A DNA stretch of 64,000 nt from Candidatus Eiseniibacteriota bacterium (GCA_963762255.1 CAVXKA010000002.1:992001-1056000), one strand, 5' to 3'; positions 20,783 to 30,799 are shown, counted from the stretch's first letter. The notes: generated from the letters alone by a model not told the origin. Numbers and translations: made by a program.

Positions 20783-21637
20783 TCACAATGCCTCGTCGAG
20801 GCTGCGAAGGTCGGTGTACTTGAGCACCGGCCCCTGCTGGCAGGCGTAGAGACCGTTGATCTGGCAGTGTCCGCACACTCCCAGCCCGCACTTCATCCTC
20901 CGCTCCAGGGAGAGCCGGATGTTCGAGAACGGGATCCCGCGCCCGAAGACCTCGAGAAGCACGAACCGATACATGATCGGCGGTCCCACGATCGCCACCA
21001 TCGTCTCGCGCGGATTGAGGTCGACCTCCGACAGGAGGGTGGTCACCACGCCGACGTCGCCCTTCCATTCCGGGGACGGACGGTCCACGGTGATGCGCAC
21101 GTTCATGCGCCCGGGTCCCGCCCAGCTCTTGAGATCGTCGGTGAACAGGAACTCCGCCGGTGTCTTGGCGCCGTAGAGCAGGGTCACCTTTCCGAAGCGA
21201 TCCCGGCGGTCGGGATGCGCGATGGTGGCGATCAGAGAACGCAGCGGAGCGAGACCGATCCCTCCCGCGATGAAGAGCACATCCTTGCCTTCGAACTCGC
21301 TCACGTCGAAGCCGCGCCCGTAGGGTCCTCGGATCCCCATACGGTCCCCGGGGACGAGGCGGTGCATCGCGTTGGTGACGTTGCCCACCTGACGGACGGT
21401 CAATTCGAACTCGGGCTGGCCCAGGGGCGGCGAGCACACCGAGATCGGCGCCTCGCCCACGCCGAGAAGAGACACCATCACGAACTGCCCGGGATCGTGA
21501 CCCAGCGGCCGGTTCCCCGGCAGCCTCAGCACGAACCGCTTTTCCTTCTCGGTCAGCGTGTCGACGCGATCGACGACGCACGGTGTGGGGACGTAGCGCG
21601 AGGATTCGATCCGCGCTCCGGTAATCGTGACCGTCAT
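20783..21637 (-). CDS. hydG: Hydrogenase gamma subunit (FAD/NAD(P)-binding, 2Fe-2S)
   Basis: PGQF, GEAPIS, RGPYG.GF, AGGIGLAP, ERRMKCG.G.CGHC. Confidence 0.92.
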   Translation of the reverse strand: MTVTITGARIESSRYVPTPCVVDRVDTLTEKEKRFVLRLPGNRPLGHDPGQFVMVSLLGVGEAPISVCSPPLGQPEFELTVRQVGNVTNAMHRLVPGDRMGIRGPYGRGFDVSEFEGKDVLFIAGGIGLAPLRSLIATIAHPDRRDRFGKVTLLYGAKTPAEFLFTDDLKSWAGPGRMNVRITVDRPSPEWKGDVGVVTTLLSEVDLNPRETMVAIVGPPIMYRFVLLEVFGRGIPFSNIRLSLERRMKCGLGVCGHCQINGLYACQQGPVLKYTDLRSLDEAL

Positions 21638-22692
21638 CGGCGGCCTCCTCCCGTTCGCACCCCGACCATGGACGCGAGGAGTTCGTTGACCACCTCGTCC
21701 ATGCGGATGCCCGCCACACACTGCCGTCCGCACCGGCCACAGCCCGTGCAGTTGGGCTCGTTGAACCGGGTGTGCAGGTAGTGGAACTTGCGGTAGACGC
21801 GGTGGCGCAGACGCCGGCTCAGCTTCTCTCGGAAGATCTCGCCGCCGGCGACCTCGGTAAACGCCCGAAGCTGACAGGAGTCCCACGTGCGCGTGCGCTC
21901 GCCGCGTCCGGCGAGAGCGTTCACGTCATCCTCCACATCGAAGCAGTAGCACGTGGGGCACACCTGGGTACAGGTGCCGCAACCCAAACATCGCTCGGCG
22001 ACCTTCTCCCAGACGGGGTCCTTGAGCGCGCCCTCGAAGAGCAGCGGCAGATCGGCGGCATCGCTGTGAATGCGGGCCTTCTGCATCTCCTGCTTCTTGC
22101 GGTAGTGCGCTTCCCGGGCCTCGAAGTCGGCGGTGACCGCGGGCCGCCCAGTCACTCCATGGGCCCTCAGCAGGGCCGCGCCGCGCTCGGTCCCTACGGT
22201 GAGAAGCCACATCCCCCCCAGCTCCAGCAGGAAGAGATCGAAGCCCTCGCGCGGGCGAAGCGTCCCCACGCTGCCGCAGAAGCAGAACTCGTCGGGCAGA
22301 CACTCCGTGCCGATGATGACCGACGCGCCACGCTTGCTCTGATAGTTCCAATCCTCGGTCCCTCCTCCCAACGAGAGATCGAGGTGGCGGATTCCCGCGA
22401 GGTCGCAAGGGTGAACCCCCACGATCACGCGGGGGCGAACCTCGTTCGCCGCCGACGCGCGCTCGCCGTCCCGCATCTTGTACTCGAGGAGCACTTCTTT
22501 CGGCGGGAGAAAATACTTCTTGGGAGGAAGTATGGTATGGACGTAGTGAAGATCGAGCTGGTCCAGATCCTCGATGACCTGGAACACGTGCTGGTTCCCC
22601 TCACGGGCCACCGGCCCGATCAGCTCGTGATCCTTGCGGATCGACGAAAGAAACGACCGTAGGGTCGTCGAATCAAGAACTTGCGGTTCCAT
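21634..22692 (-). CDS. hydB: Hydrogenase beta subunit (4Fe-4S, AsrA-like)
   Basis: HPCD, CFC, CLGCGTCTQVCPTCYCF, WDSC, CTGCGRC. Confidence 0.9.
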   Translation of the reverse strand: MEPQVLDSTTLRSFLSSIRKDHELIGPVAREGNQHVFQVIEDLDQLDLHYVHTILPPKKYFLPPKEVLLEYKMRDGERASAANEVRPRVIVGVHPCDLAGIRHLDLSLGGGTEDWNYQSKRGASVIIGTECLPDEFCFCGSVGTLRPREGFDLFLLELGGMWLLTVGTERGAALLRAHGVTGRPAVTADFEAREAHYRKKQEMQKARIHSDAADLPLLFEGALKDPVWEKVAERCLGCGTCTQVCPTCYCFDVEDDVNALAGRGERTRTWDSCQLRAFTEVAGGEIFREKLSRRLRHRVYRKFHYLHTRFNEPNCTGCGRCGRQCVAGIRMDEVVNELLASMVGVRTGGGRR

Positions 22693-22900
22693 CAACGCCT
22701 CCCGGGATGCGTCCAGGGTTTGACGACCCATGACGGTATCAGGGTGGACACATTGCCGGCTCTTCATTTCCTGGATATGCCTCTTCCCAAGGCCGCGTGC
22801 GAGCCCCTCTCGATTATCTGTAATTGACTAATTCAGTTGCCTTGCCACCGGCGGCAACGCCTATAGTGGACAGTCAGCACTCCGGCGAAAGGGACCCCTG

Positions 22901-23263
22901 GTGCACGAGGTGGGCGTGGCCCAAAACATCCTCGAATCGGTCGCCGCACGGATCGCGCAGCCGTCGCGGGTGCGTGAGGTAACCGTGCGGCTGGGCCCGT
23001 TCAGCGGGGTGGATCCGGAATCACTCCAGTTCGCGTTCGCGGTGCTCGCGGGGGAAAGCCGATGCCCGACGGCACGTCTCGCGATCGAGACGCCCGAGGC
23101 GCGCGGCGATTGCGCACAGTGCGGTCGGGACTTGGCGCTCATCGCACCGAGTCCGGTGTGCCCTCGGTGCGGGGCCACCCTGACCGCCGTCCGCGGCGAC
23201 GATGAAATCACACTCGTCTCGGTCGCCCTGGGCGCCGAGGAGACCAGCCATGCCGGTTCCTGA
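22901..23263 (+). CDS. hypA: Hydrogenase nickel incorporation protein
   Basis: MHE start, two CxxC pairs, L.FAF. Confidence 0.92.
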   Translation: MHEVGVAQNILESVAARIAQPSRVREVTVRLGPFSGVDPESLQFAFAVLAGESRCPTARLAIETPEARGDCAQCGRDLALIAPSPVCPRCGATLTAVRGDDEITLVSVALGAEETSHAGS

Positions 23264-23927
23264 AGAGAGCCCGATCACCGTTCTCGAGCGCAAGGTGCTC
23301 GCCCGCAACGACGAGGTCGCGGTGGCGAACCGGCGGTTCTTCCGCGAGCGCGGCATCTTTGCTGTGAACCTCATGAGCGCGCCGGGATCGGGCAAGACAC
23401 GGCTCCTCGAGGCGACCCTCGGTCGGCTCAAGGAACAGGTTCCGGTCGCGGTCATCGAGGGAGACGTCGAGACCGACAACGACGCGCGCCGCGTGGCGCG
23501 CCACGGAGTGCCGGTGGTGCAGCTCGTGACCAAGGGGGCCTGCCACCTCGAAGCCTCTCTGGTCGCCGACGCACTCCAGCACCTGCCCGCCTCGCGGGGC
23601 GGCATCGTTTTCATCGAGAACGTGGGTAATCTCATTTGCCCGGCGTCCTTCGATCTCGGCGAATCGCTCCGTGCGATTTGCCTGAGCGTGACCGAGGGGG
23701 ACGACAAGCCCGAGAAGTACCCGGCCATGTTTCGCAAGGCTGCGGCCGCGGTGCTCACCAAGGTCGACCTCCTCCCCTACGTCGACTTCGATGCGGACAA
23801 GGCGATCGCGCACGCGCGGGCACTCAATCCCGATCTGCACATCTTCAAGACATCCGCGGTGAGCGGCGAGGGACTCGATGCATGGTGCGAGTACCTCGTG
23901 GCGCAAGCGCGAGAGGTGACCGAATGA
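23250..23927 (+). CDS. hypB: Hydrogenase nickel incorporation GTPase
   Basis: SAPGSGKT, ACHL, ENVGNLICPASFDLGE, EGDDKP.KYP. Confidence 0.95.
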   Translation: MPVPEESPITVLERKVLARNDEVAVANRRFFRERGIFAVNLMSAPGSGKTRLLEATLGRLKEQVPVAVIEGDVETDNDARRVARHGVPVVQLVTKGACHLEASLVADALQHLPASRGGIVFIENVGNLICPASFDLGESLRAICLSVTEGDDKPEKYPAMFRKAAAAVLTKVDLLPYVDFDADKAIAHARALNPDLHIFKTSAVSGEGLDAWCEYLVAQAREVTE

Positions 23928-26146
23928 TCGAGATCGTCATCTTCGGCCGAGGCGGACAGGGTGGGGTCACCCTGGCCAAACTGATCGCGGCGACTTATTT
24001 CTTGCGCGGCAAGTACGTGCAGGCTTTCGGCGTGTACGCCGCCGAGCGCTCCGGCGCGCCGCTCAACGCGTTCGTGCGGGTGGACGATCACGAGATCACG
24101 AACCGGAATCAGATCTATGAACCCGATCACGTGATCGTGCTCGATCGCAGCCTCACGGGGGAGCGCGTCCTCGCCGGGTTGAAGCCCGGGGGCTGGATTC
24201 TGCTCAATAGCACGGAGCCTCCGGAGCACTTCGCCGTCTCCTTCCCGGGCTACCGCATCGCCACCGTGGATGCCACCGGCATCGCCGTGGATCACAAGCT
24301 CGGCACGCGCGCGACTCCGATCGTGAACACCACGCTCCTGGGCGCGGTCGCGCGCATCTTCGAGCTCCCTTTCGAATGGGCCCAGGCGGCGATCGAGGAG
24401 TTCAAGTTTCCGAAGAGCAACCTGGATGCCGCGCGGCGGGCTTTCGAGGCGACCGCGCTTGGGGGCGACCTGGCCGCCGCTCCCAAGCGCGTGGTGCCTC
24501 CCTCGGCTCCCTCACGCACGACCAGCATCCTCGACCCCTCGGCGGGCGGACCGCCGGCGGTGCGCACCGGCCAGTGGGCCACGCAGCGACCGCTGCGGCG
24601 CGAGTGGACTCCCCCATGCAACGACGGATGTCCCGCAGGCAACAACGTGCGCGGCTTCGTGGCTGCGGTCGGTGCGAAGCAGTTCGACCGGGCGCTGGCC
24701 ATCCTGCACGAGACCTCGCCGTTCCCCGCCATCTGCGGCCGCGTGTGCCCGGCACCGTGCATGGAAGCGTGCCATCGCAACCATCTTGACGAAGCGCTCA
24801 ACGTGCGGGAACTCGAACGCTACGTGGCCGACCACGCGGCGGCGGAGCCGGTGCGCGAGGCCCTGCGCAAGGAAACCGTGGGCGTGATCGGATCGGGTCC
24901 CGCCGGCCTGTCCACCGCGTATCACCTGGGGCGGCTCGGCTACGCGGTGTCGCTGTACGAGGCGGTCGGAGAACTCGGCGGGGTCATGCGCACCGGCATT
25001 CCCGCCTATCGTTTGCCACGCGAAGTTCTGGATCGCGAGATCGGGTTCATCCTGAGCCACGGCGTGACCGCGGTAACCGACTTCAAGGTGGACCGGCAGC
25101 GGTTGCTGGAGCTCACCCGCAAGCACGACGCGATCTTCGTGGCCACCGGGCTGCAGGAAGCGCGCGGGCTCAACCTCGGGTTGGATGATCCCGCCGTGCT
25201 CATGCAGGGGATCACCTTCCTCGACGACGCGCGACTGGGCAAGATCCGGTTGGATGGGGAGCGCATTGCGGTGATGGGCGGCGGAAACACCGCCATGGAT
25301 GCCGCGCGTACCGCGCTGCGCCTGGGGGCCAAGCAGGTGAAGGTGCTCTACCGCCGCACCCGCGAGGAGATGCCCGCCATCAAGGAAGAGATCGATGAGG
25401 CGATCGAGGAGGGCGTGAGCCTGCACGAGTTGGTGGCGCCCACGCGGCTCAAGAAGCTCCTGGGCGGCGTTTCCATCACCTGCCGGCGCATGGTGTTGGG
25501 CGAGCCCGACGAGAGCGGACGCCGCCGCCCGGTTCCAGCCGACGGCCCCGGCTCCGAGTTCAACGTCGACGCCGATCGCGTGATCCTCGCCCTCGGCCAG
25601 TTCGGCGATCTGTCGATCTTCCCCGAGGGGACCGAGGTCACCGACGCGCAGGTGCGGCTCGGCCTGTCCGGCGCGCCCATCTTCGCCGGCGGCGATCTCG
25701 CCACCAACGAGGGGACGGTGACGGCGGCGATCGGAAGCGGACGCCGCGCCGCGTTCCACATCCATCGCACGCTCTCCGGAGAGGATCTCTTCCCGCCGGC
25801 GCGTTCGGAAGTCATCCCGGTCGAGGAGATGAAGTTCACCCGCTTCGAGCACAACCCCCAGCAGCGGGGCGAGATGATCGACGTGAAGGTGCGGATCTCC
25901 TCCGAGTTCGCGGAAGTGCGGCGGGGCCTCGCCGAGACCCCCGACCACGCCCTGGCCGTGGCCGAGGCCAACCGCTGCCTGAGCTGCGGCGACTGCAATC
26001 ATTGCGATCTTTGCCGCGAGCACTGCCCGGAAGGCGTGCTGGTGCGCGAACGCGATTTCTACGCGTTCGATTACGAGTACTGCAAGGGATGCGGGCTCTG
26101 CGCCTCGGAGTGCCCGCGCGGCGTCGTGTACATGGAGCAGATCTGA
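23924..26146 (+). CDS. Fusion of 2-oxoacid oxidoreductase gamma subunit, GltD-like FAD/NAD(P)H oxidoreductase and ferredoxin (delta-like) domain
   Basis: GRGGQG and ERSGAP (PorG); PCxxxCP, CGRVCP, GSGPAG, GGGNTAMD (GltD); DYEYCKGCGLCASECP (PorD). Confidence 0.9.
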   Translation: MIEIVIFGRGGQGGVTLAKLIAATYFLRGKYVQAFGVYAAERSGAPLNAFVRVDDHEITNRNQIYEPDHVIVLDRSLTGERVLAGLKPGGWILLNSTEPPEHFAVSFPGYRIATVDATGIAVDHKLGTRATPIVNTTLLGAVARIFELPFEWAQAAIEEFKFPKSNLDAARRAFEATALGGDLAAAPKRVVPPSAPSRTTSILDPSAGGPPAVRTGQWATQRPLRREWTPPCNDGCPAGNNVRGFVAAVGAKQFDRALAILHETSPFPAICGRVCPAPCMEACHRNHLDEALNVRELERYVADHAAAEPVREALRKETVGVIGSGPAGLSTAYHLGRLGYAVSLYEAVGELGGVMRTGIPAYRLPREVLDREIGFILSHGVTAVTDFKVDRQRLLELTRKHDAIFVATGLQEARGLNLGLDDPAVLMQGITFLDDARLGKIRLDGERIAVMGGGNTAMDAARTALRLGAKQVKVLYRRTREEMPAIKEEIDEAIEEGVSLHELVAPTRLKKLLGGVSITCRRMVLGEPDESGRRRPVPADGPGSEFNVDADRVILALGQFGDLSIFPEGTEVTDAQVRLGLSGAPIFAGGDLATNEGTVTAAIGSGRRAAFHIHRTLSGEDLFPPARSEVIPVEEMKFTRFEHNPQQRGEMIDVKVRISSEFAEVRRGLAETPDHALAVAEANRCLSCGDCNHCDLCREHCPEGVLVRERDFYAFDYEYCKGCGLCASECPRGVVYMEQI

Positions 26147-26155
26147 GGAGGGGCC

Positions 26156-27328
26156 ATGCCGAGGAAGCTCGTCACGGGTAACCAGGTCGCCGGTCACATG
26201 CTGGCGATGGCCGGAGAGGCGAACCGCAATGCCCGCGGGGCCTGCGCCGGGGCCTACCCCATCACGCCGCAAACGGAGGTCGTCGAGTACCTGCGCGCCT
26301 TCCCGTTCACCAAGGGAACCGTCGTGCCGGTCGAGTCCGAGCACAGCGCGATGGCGGTGTGCATCGGCGCGTCGCTGGCCGGCGCCCGCACCTTCACCGC
26401 GAGCTCGGCGAACGGTCTCTCCTATATGAACGAAAACGTGTTCAACGCCGGCTATTACCGACTCCCCGTCGTGCTGATGGCGGTGAACCGCACGCTGGGC
26501 CCGCCGTGGAACATCTGGGTGGACCAGGGGGACAGCCTCGCGCTGCGCGACGCCCCGATGCTGCAGTTCTATTGCGAGGGACACCAGGATCTCGCCGACA
26601 CCACGCTGCTCGCGTTCCGCATCGCCGAGGATCCGCGGGTGATGATGCCCGCGCTGGTGGCCTACGACGGGTTCATCATCTCCCACACCACGGCCGGGGT
26701 GGACTTTCCCGAGCAAGAGCGGGTGGATCGGTACCTGCCGCCGCTCGAGCTCCCCCACCGGCTCCGGTACGAGCATCCGCTCACGATCGGCGGACTCGCC
26801 TGGCCCCACGAATCCAGCGCGCATCGCCTCGAGATCCAGCGGGCGATGGAGCGCGTCCCGACGGTGCTGGAGGAGGCCCGCCGAGAGTTCGCCGCGATCT
26901 TCGGCCGCACCCCTGAGGGCGCGATCACCTGCTACGAAACGGACGGCGCCGAAACCATTCTCATCGCCACCAACAGCATCGCGAGCACGGTGCGGAGCGC
27001 GGTCGAGGAGCGGCGCGCGCGCGGCGAGAAGATCGGCATGGTCAAGCTCAGGCTCTTCCGCCCCGTGCCCCGAGCGGAGATCCTCGCCGCGGTGGGCGGC
27101 GCGAAGCGGGTGGGTGTGATCGAGCGGGATCACTCGCCCGGCTCGGGCGGCGTCTTCTGGGGCGAGGTGGCGGTGAGCCTGCGCGATCGCTCCGATATCC
27201 TGCTCCAGGACTACCTGGTGGGTCTGGGCGGCGGCGATGTGACTCCGCCTCTCATCGCGGAGATCATCGACGACTTGACCGCGCGCAAGCGAGCCGAGGA
27301 TCCGATCTGGAAAGGGGTGGCCGCGTGA
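26156..27328 (+). CDS. porA: 2-oxoacid (pyruvate-type):acceptor oxidoreductase alpha subunit
   Basis: AYPITPQT, ESEHSA, DGF..SHT. Confidence 0.9.
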   Translation: MPRKLVTGNQVAGHMLAMAGEANRNARGACAGAYPITPQTEVVEYLRAFPFTKGTVVPVESEHSAMAVCIGASLAGARTFTASSANGLSYMNENVFNAGYYRLPVVLMAVNRTLGPPWNIWVDQGDSLALRDAPMLQFYCEGHQDLADTTLLAFRIAEDPRVMMPALVAYDGFIISHTTAGVDFPEQERVDRYLPPLELPHRLRYEHPLTIGGLAWPHESSAHRLEIQRAMERVPTVLEEARREFAAIFGRTPEGAITCYETDGAETILIATNSIASTVRSAVEERRARGEKIGMVKLRLFRPVPRAEILAAVGGAKRVGVIERDHSPGSGGVFWGEVAVSLRDRSDILLQDYLVGLGGGDVTPPLIAEIIDDLTARKRAEDPIWKGVAA

Positions 27329-28257
27329 GCAGAGCTCCGAAGGCACAGCAGGCTGAGCCGGTCTTCGAAGAGGGGCTCTTCGACCATCTGCTGCGTCCCG
27401 GCAACACCAACTGCGCGGGCTGCGGCATGTCGCTCTCGCAGAAGTGGCTCGAGGAAGGGATGGACGGAACGCCGATGATGCTGTGCATCCCGGCCTGCTG
27501 CGGGATCGTCACGGCGGGTGCGTGGCCGACATCGGCCTACGGCGTACCCACCGTGGCCACGACGTTCGGATGCGTCTCCGCGGTGGCCAGCGGCCTGCGG
27601 GCGGTGCAGCTCATGAACGGCGACCCGGGCGAGACGATTTGCTGGGCGGGCGACGGCGGCACCTACGACATCGGCATGGCTTCGCTCTCCGCCGCGGCGG
27701 AGCGCAACGAGGACATCATCTACTTCTGCTACGACAACGAGATCTACGGGAACACCGGGGGACAGCGATCGAGCGCCACGCCGCAGGGCGCGGTGACCTC
27801 GACGACCCCCTTCGGTAAGCCGGAGGGGAAGAAGGACATCATGGCCATCATGGCCGCCCACCGGATTCCCTACGCGGCCACGCTCTCGCTGGCCCACCGT
27901 GACGACTATCTGAGAAAGATCCGGCTGGCGCGCCGGATCCGCGGGTTCCGGTTCTTCCTCATTCACTCTCCTTGCCCGACCGGTTGGAAGTCCGATCCGG
28001 CGGAAAGCGTGGAGTTGGTGCGGCTGGCGGTGGCGAGCGGGCTCTTCCCGCTCTACGAGGTTTTCGACGGCCGGCGCTACCGCGTCAACGCGCAGCCCGA
28101 CGGGACACCGCTCGACGACTATCTCGGTCGGCAGGGCCGATTCCGCAAGAGCGACATGGATCCGGAGGCGGCGAAGCGCGTGGTCCGCGAGCAGTGGGAC
28201 GCGCTCTCTCGGCTGGAGGCGGCGTTCCCGGCCGGACCGAACGATCCGCTGGACTGA
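27325..28257 (+). CDS. porB: 2-oxoacid:acceptor oxidoreductase beta subunit (TPP-binding)
   Basis: CAGCG, GDGG.YDIG, DNE.YGNTGGQ.S, PCP.GW. Confidence 0.92.
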   Translation: MSRAPKAQQAEPVFEEGLFDHLLRPGNTNCAGCGMSLSQKWLEEGMDGTPMMLCIPACCGIVTAGAWPTSAYGVPTVATTFGCVSAVASGLRAVQLMNGDPGETICWAGDGGTYDIGMASLSAAAERNEDIIYFCYDNEIYGNTGGQRSSATPQGAVTSTTPFGKPEGKKDIMAIMAAHRIPYAATLSLAHRDDYLRKIRLARRIRGFRFFLIHSPCPTGWKSDPAESVELVRLAVASGLFPLYEVFDGRRYRVNAQPDGTPLDDYLGRQGRFRKSDMDPEAAKRVVREQWDALSRLEAAFPAGPNDPLD

Positions 28258-28286
28258 GGCAACTCCCTGGTCTAGGCTTTTGGGTA

Positions 28287-28616
28287 ATGTACTCGCCCCC
28301 CGGACATGCCTCTCGATCCCCGGAAGACAGGCGGACTCGGACGTCCCGGTCAGTGGCCGGGATCCTGTTCCTGTTTGCGCTCCTCTTCGCGGGCAGCATC
28401 GAGGCCTTGTCCAACCATCATCACGGCGGACTCCCCGGCGGCCGGCACTGCGCGGTATGCCAGGTTGTTCAAGCCGCCGCGGACACCCCGGAACTTGCGA
28501 CTCCGGCACCCGTCATCCTCCCCGAGAACCCCTGCGGACCTGACAACCCGGTTCCGCTGCCCCCTGATTCCTCGGACATCGTCGTCCTGAGGCTCCGCGC
28601 GCCTCCCGCGGCCTGA
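28287..28616 (+). CDS. DUF2946-like leader protein with His/CxxC metal motif and C-terminal RAPP
   Basis: One hydrophobic helix, HHH...HCAVC, Pro-rich linker, ends LRAPPAA-stop; sits upstream of the metal-uptake genes. Confidence 0.72.
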   Translation: MYSPPGHASRSPEDRRTRTSRSVAGILFLFALLFAGSIEALSNHHHGGLPGGRHCAVCQVVQAAADTPELATPAPVILPENPCGPDNPVPLPPDSSDIVVLRLRAPPAA

Positions 28617-28721
28617 TCCCCTCTCGTCTCGAATTCACCCCAAACTGATCGCTGATTCGTCTGGCATTGCATTAGAGCCACGGCGATTCCGGCGCCAATC
28701 CCAAATCGGGAGGGAATTCGT

Positions 28722-29840
28722 ATGCACAGGCACGCATTGGCGGGAACGATCCTGCTCCTCATGTTGTCGATGGCCGCGGGCGCGGCCCGAGCCGGCGCCA
28801 TCAATCCGAATATCTCGGTTCTCGGCCAACCCCACGCCACCTATACCGACGACCCCACCGCCCCCGACCGGGGCCGAGGGCGGTTGCATGCGGGCGAGAC
28901 CGAGATCGTCTTCGACGACTACCTGAACCCCTACGCGCGTGGATATTTCGTGATGAGCCTGGGTGATGAAGGAATGGCCCTCGAAGAGGGCTTCTTCACG
29001 CTCTTCCGCGGACTCCCCGCGGACATTGCCCTCCGGGGCGGCAAGTACCGCGCGCCGTTCGGGGCGCTCAACCCCGTGCACCGCCACGTGAATCCGTTCG
29101 CGGAGCCCTTCCGCATGCTCATGGCCTATCTGCCCGGGGAGGAGGCGTTCAACGAGACCGGCATCGACGTCTCGCGCCGCTTCGCCGTCGTCGGCGACTT
29201 CTCGATCAACGCCCAGGTCGACGTCCTGCAGGGCGATTCGTTCCGCATGGAGCGCGAGCCCACCGAGGACCCAGACGATCCGCTCAACGCGGGCGGGGAC
29301 GATCGCGCCGGAGAGAGCCGACCGGCCTTCCTGGGTCGCTTGAGCGGTTTCACCATGCTGGGTGAGCGCTCGGCGCTCGAGTTCGGGATCTCCGCGGCCG
29401 GCGGCACCAACAACGTCGCCGCCGGGACGCGAACGATGGTCTACGGAGTGGACGCCAAGACCAAGCTCTGGACCTCCCCCCAGGCCTACCTGCTCCTTCA
29501 AGCGGAGGCCATGGGACTGAACCGGGAGGACGCCGCCTGGGATCCGGCGGACGGCTACACCCACGAGTCGGTGAAGCCGGCCGGCGGATACGTGTTCGCC
29601 GACTACAACTTCGGCATCCGGTACAACGTGGGCGGCGGATACGAGAGATATCAGGAGCCGGCGGTCGACAAGCCGGTCACGCAGTCGTTCGGGCTGTGGG
29701 CGGGCTACGCGCTCATGGAGGAGACGACCGCGCTTCGCCTCGACTGGCGGCACATCGCCCCCGAGGGCGACACGGCCTTCAACAACGTCACACTCCGCGT
29801 CATCTACTCCATGGGTCCGCACAAGGCCCACCAATTCTGA
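28722..29840 (+). CDS. Putative outer-membrane beta-barrel associated with metal uptake
   Basis: Signal peptide, NP.IS start, alternating beta-strand pattern, C-terminal G.H.AH.F. Confidence 0.7.
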   Translation: MHRHALAGTILLLMLSMAAGAARAGAINPNISVLGQPHATYTDDPTAPDRGRGRLHAGETEIVFDDYLNPYARGYFVMSLGDEGMALEEGFFTLFRGLPADIALRGGKYRAPFGALNPVHRHVNPFAEPFRMLMAYLPGEEAFNETGIDVSRRFAVVGDFSINAQVDVLQGDSFRMEREPTEDPDDPLNAGGDDRAGESRPAFLGRLSGFTMLGERSALEFGISAAGGTNNVAAGTRTMVYGVDAKTKLWTSPQAYLLLQAEAMGLNREDAAWDPADGYTHESVKPAGGYVFADYNFGIRYNVGGGYERYQEPAVDKPVTQSFGLWAGYALMEETTALRLDWRHIAPEGDTAFNNVTLRVIYSMGPHKAHQF

Positions 29841-29856
29841 TCGAAAGGAGTCCGAC

Positions 29857-30753
29857 ATGCGCGCCATAGTTGCTGCGATGTTTGCGATCGCCCTGATCTT
29901 CGGCGCCGGACCCGTTTCGGCCAAGGTCCGGGTCGTCGCGTCCACCACCGATCTCGGTTCCATCGCCTCCGCGGTCGGCGGCGACCAGGTCGAAGTCGTC
30001 GCCATCTGCCGGCCCAACGCCGATCCGCATCACGTCGAGGTTCTCCCCTCCTACATGGTCCGCGTCTCGCGGGCCAAGCTCTACCTCAAGGTCGGCATGT
30101 TCCTCGACCAATGGGCGGATCAGATCATCGACGGCTCGCACAACGGGGACGTGACGATCGTGGATTGCTCGAAGGGGATCCGCGCTCTTGAGGTGCCGAC
30201 GACCCGTCCCAACGCCTCGATGGGAGATGTCCATCCCAACGGCAACCCCCACTACTGGCTCGATCCGCGCAACGGCGGCATCGTCGCCCGCACCATCGCC
30301 GAGGCCCTGGCCAAGACCGACCCGGGCCATGCCGACGAATACCGGGCGCGCGCAGAAACGTTCGCCGGGGACTGCGAGGCGGCGGCGCAGCGGGGGCAAG
30401 GCGCGGTGGCCGCCATGCCGGTGAGGGAGGTCCTCACCTACCACCAGTCCTGGACCTATCTGGCCGACGCGTTCGGTTTCACGGTGGCGGGAACGGTGGA
30501 GCCGGTGCCGGGGATTCCCCCCACCGCCAAGCACCTCCAGGAGCTGGTGGCGTTGATCCGCGAGCACAAGGTCCCGGTTCTGCTGTACGAGCCCTACTTC
30601 GGTGATGACGCGGGGCAGTTCCTCGAACGGCAGACCGGCATACGGGTGGAGCAGGTTTCCCCGAGCTGCGACGATGTCGCCCCGACGAGCTACCTGGCCC
30701 ACTTCGATCGCATCGTGAACATGTTTGGCGGTCTCGGATCACCGACGAACTGA
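29857..30753 (+). CDS. Zn/Mn cluster A-I ABC substrate-binding protein (ZnuA family)
   Basis: DPH, GNPHYWLDP, YH..W.Y, EP.PG.PPT. Confidence 0.92.
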   Translation: MRAIVAAMFAIALIFGAGPVSAKVRVVASTTDLGSIASAVGGDQVEVVAICRPNADPHHVEVLPSYMVRVSRAKLYLKVGMFLDQWADQIIDGSHNGDVTIVDCSKGIRALEVPTTRPNASMGDVHPNGNPHYWLDPRNGGIVARTIAEALAKTDPGHADEYRARAETFAGDCEAAAQRGQGAVAAMPVREVLTYHQSWTYLADAFGFTVAGTVEPVPGIPPTAKHLQELVALIREHKVPVLLYEPYFGDDAGQFLERQTGIRVEQVSPSCDDVAPTSYLAHFDRIVNMFGGLGSPTN

Positions 30754-30799
30754 GACGGGCGACACGAGCGGGGTCCCACCCGCCCGGAAAGGAACGGTC

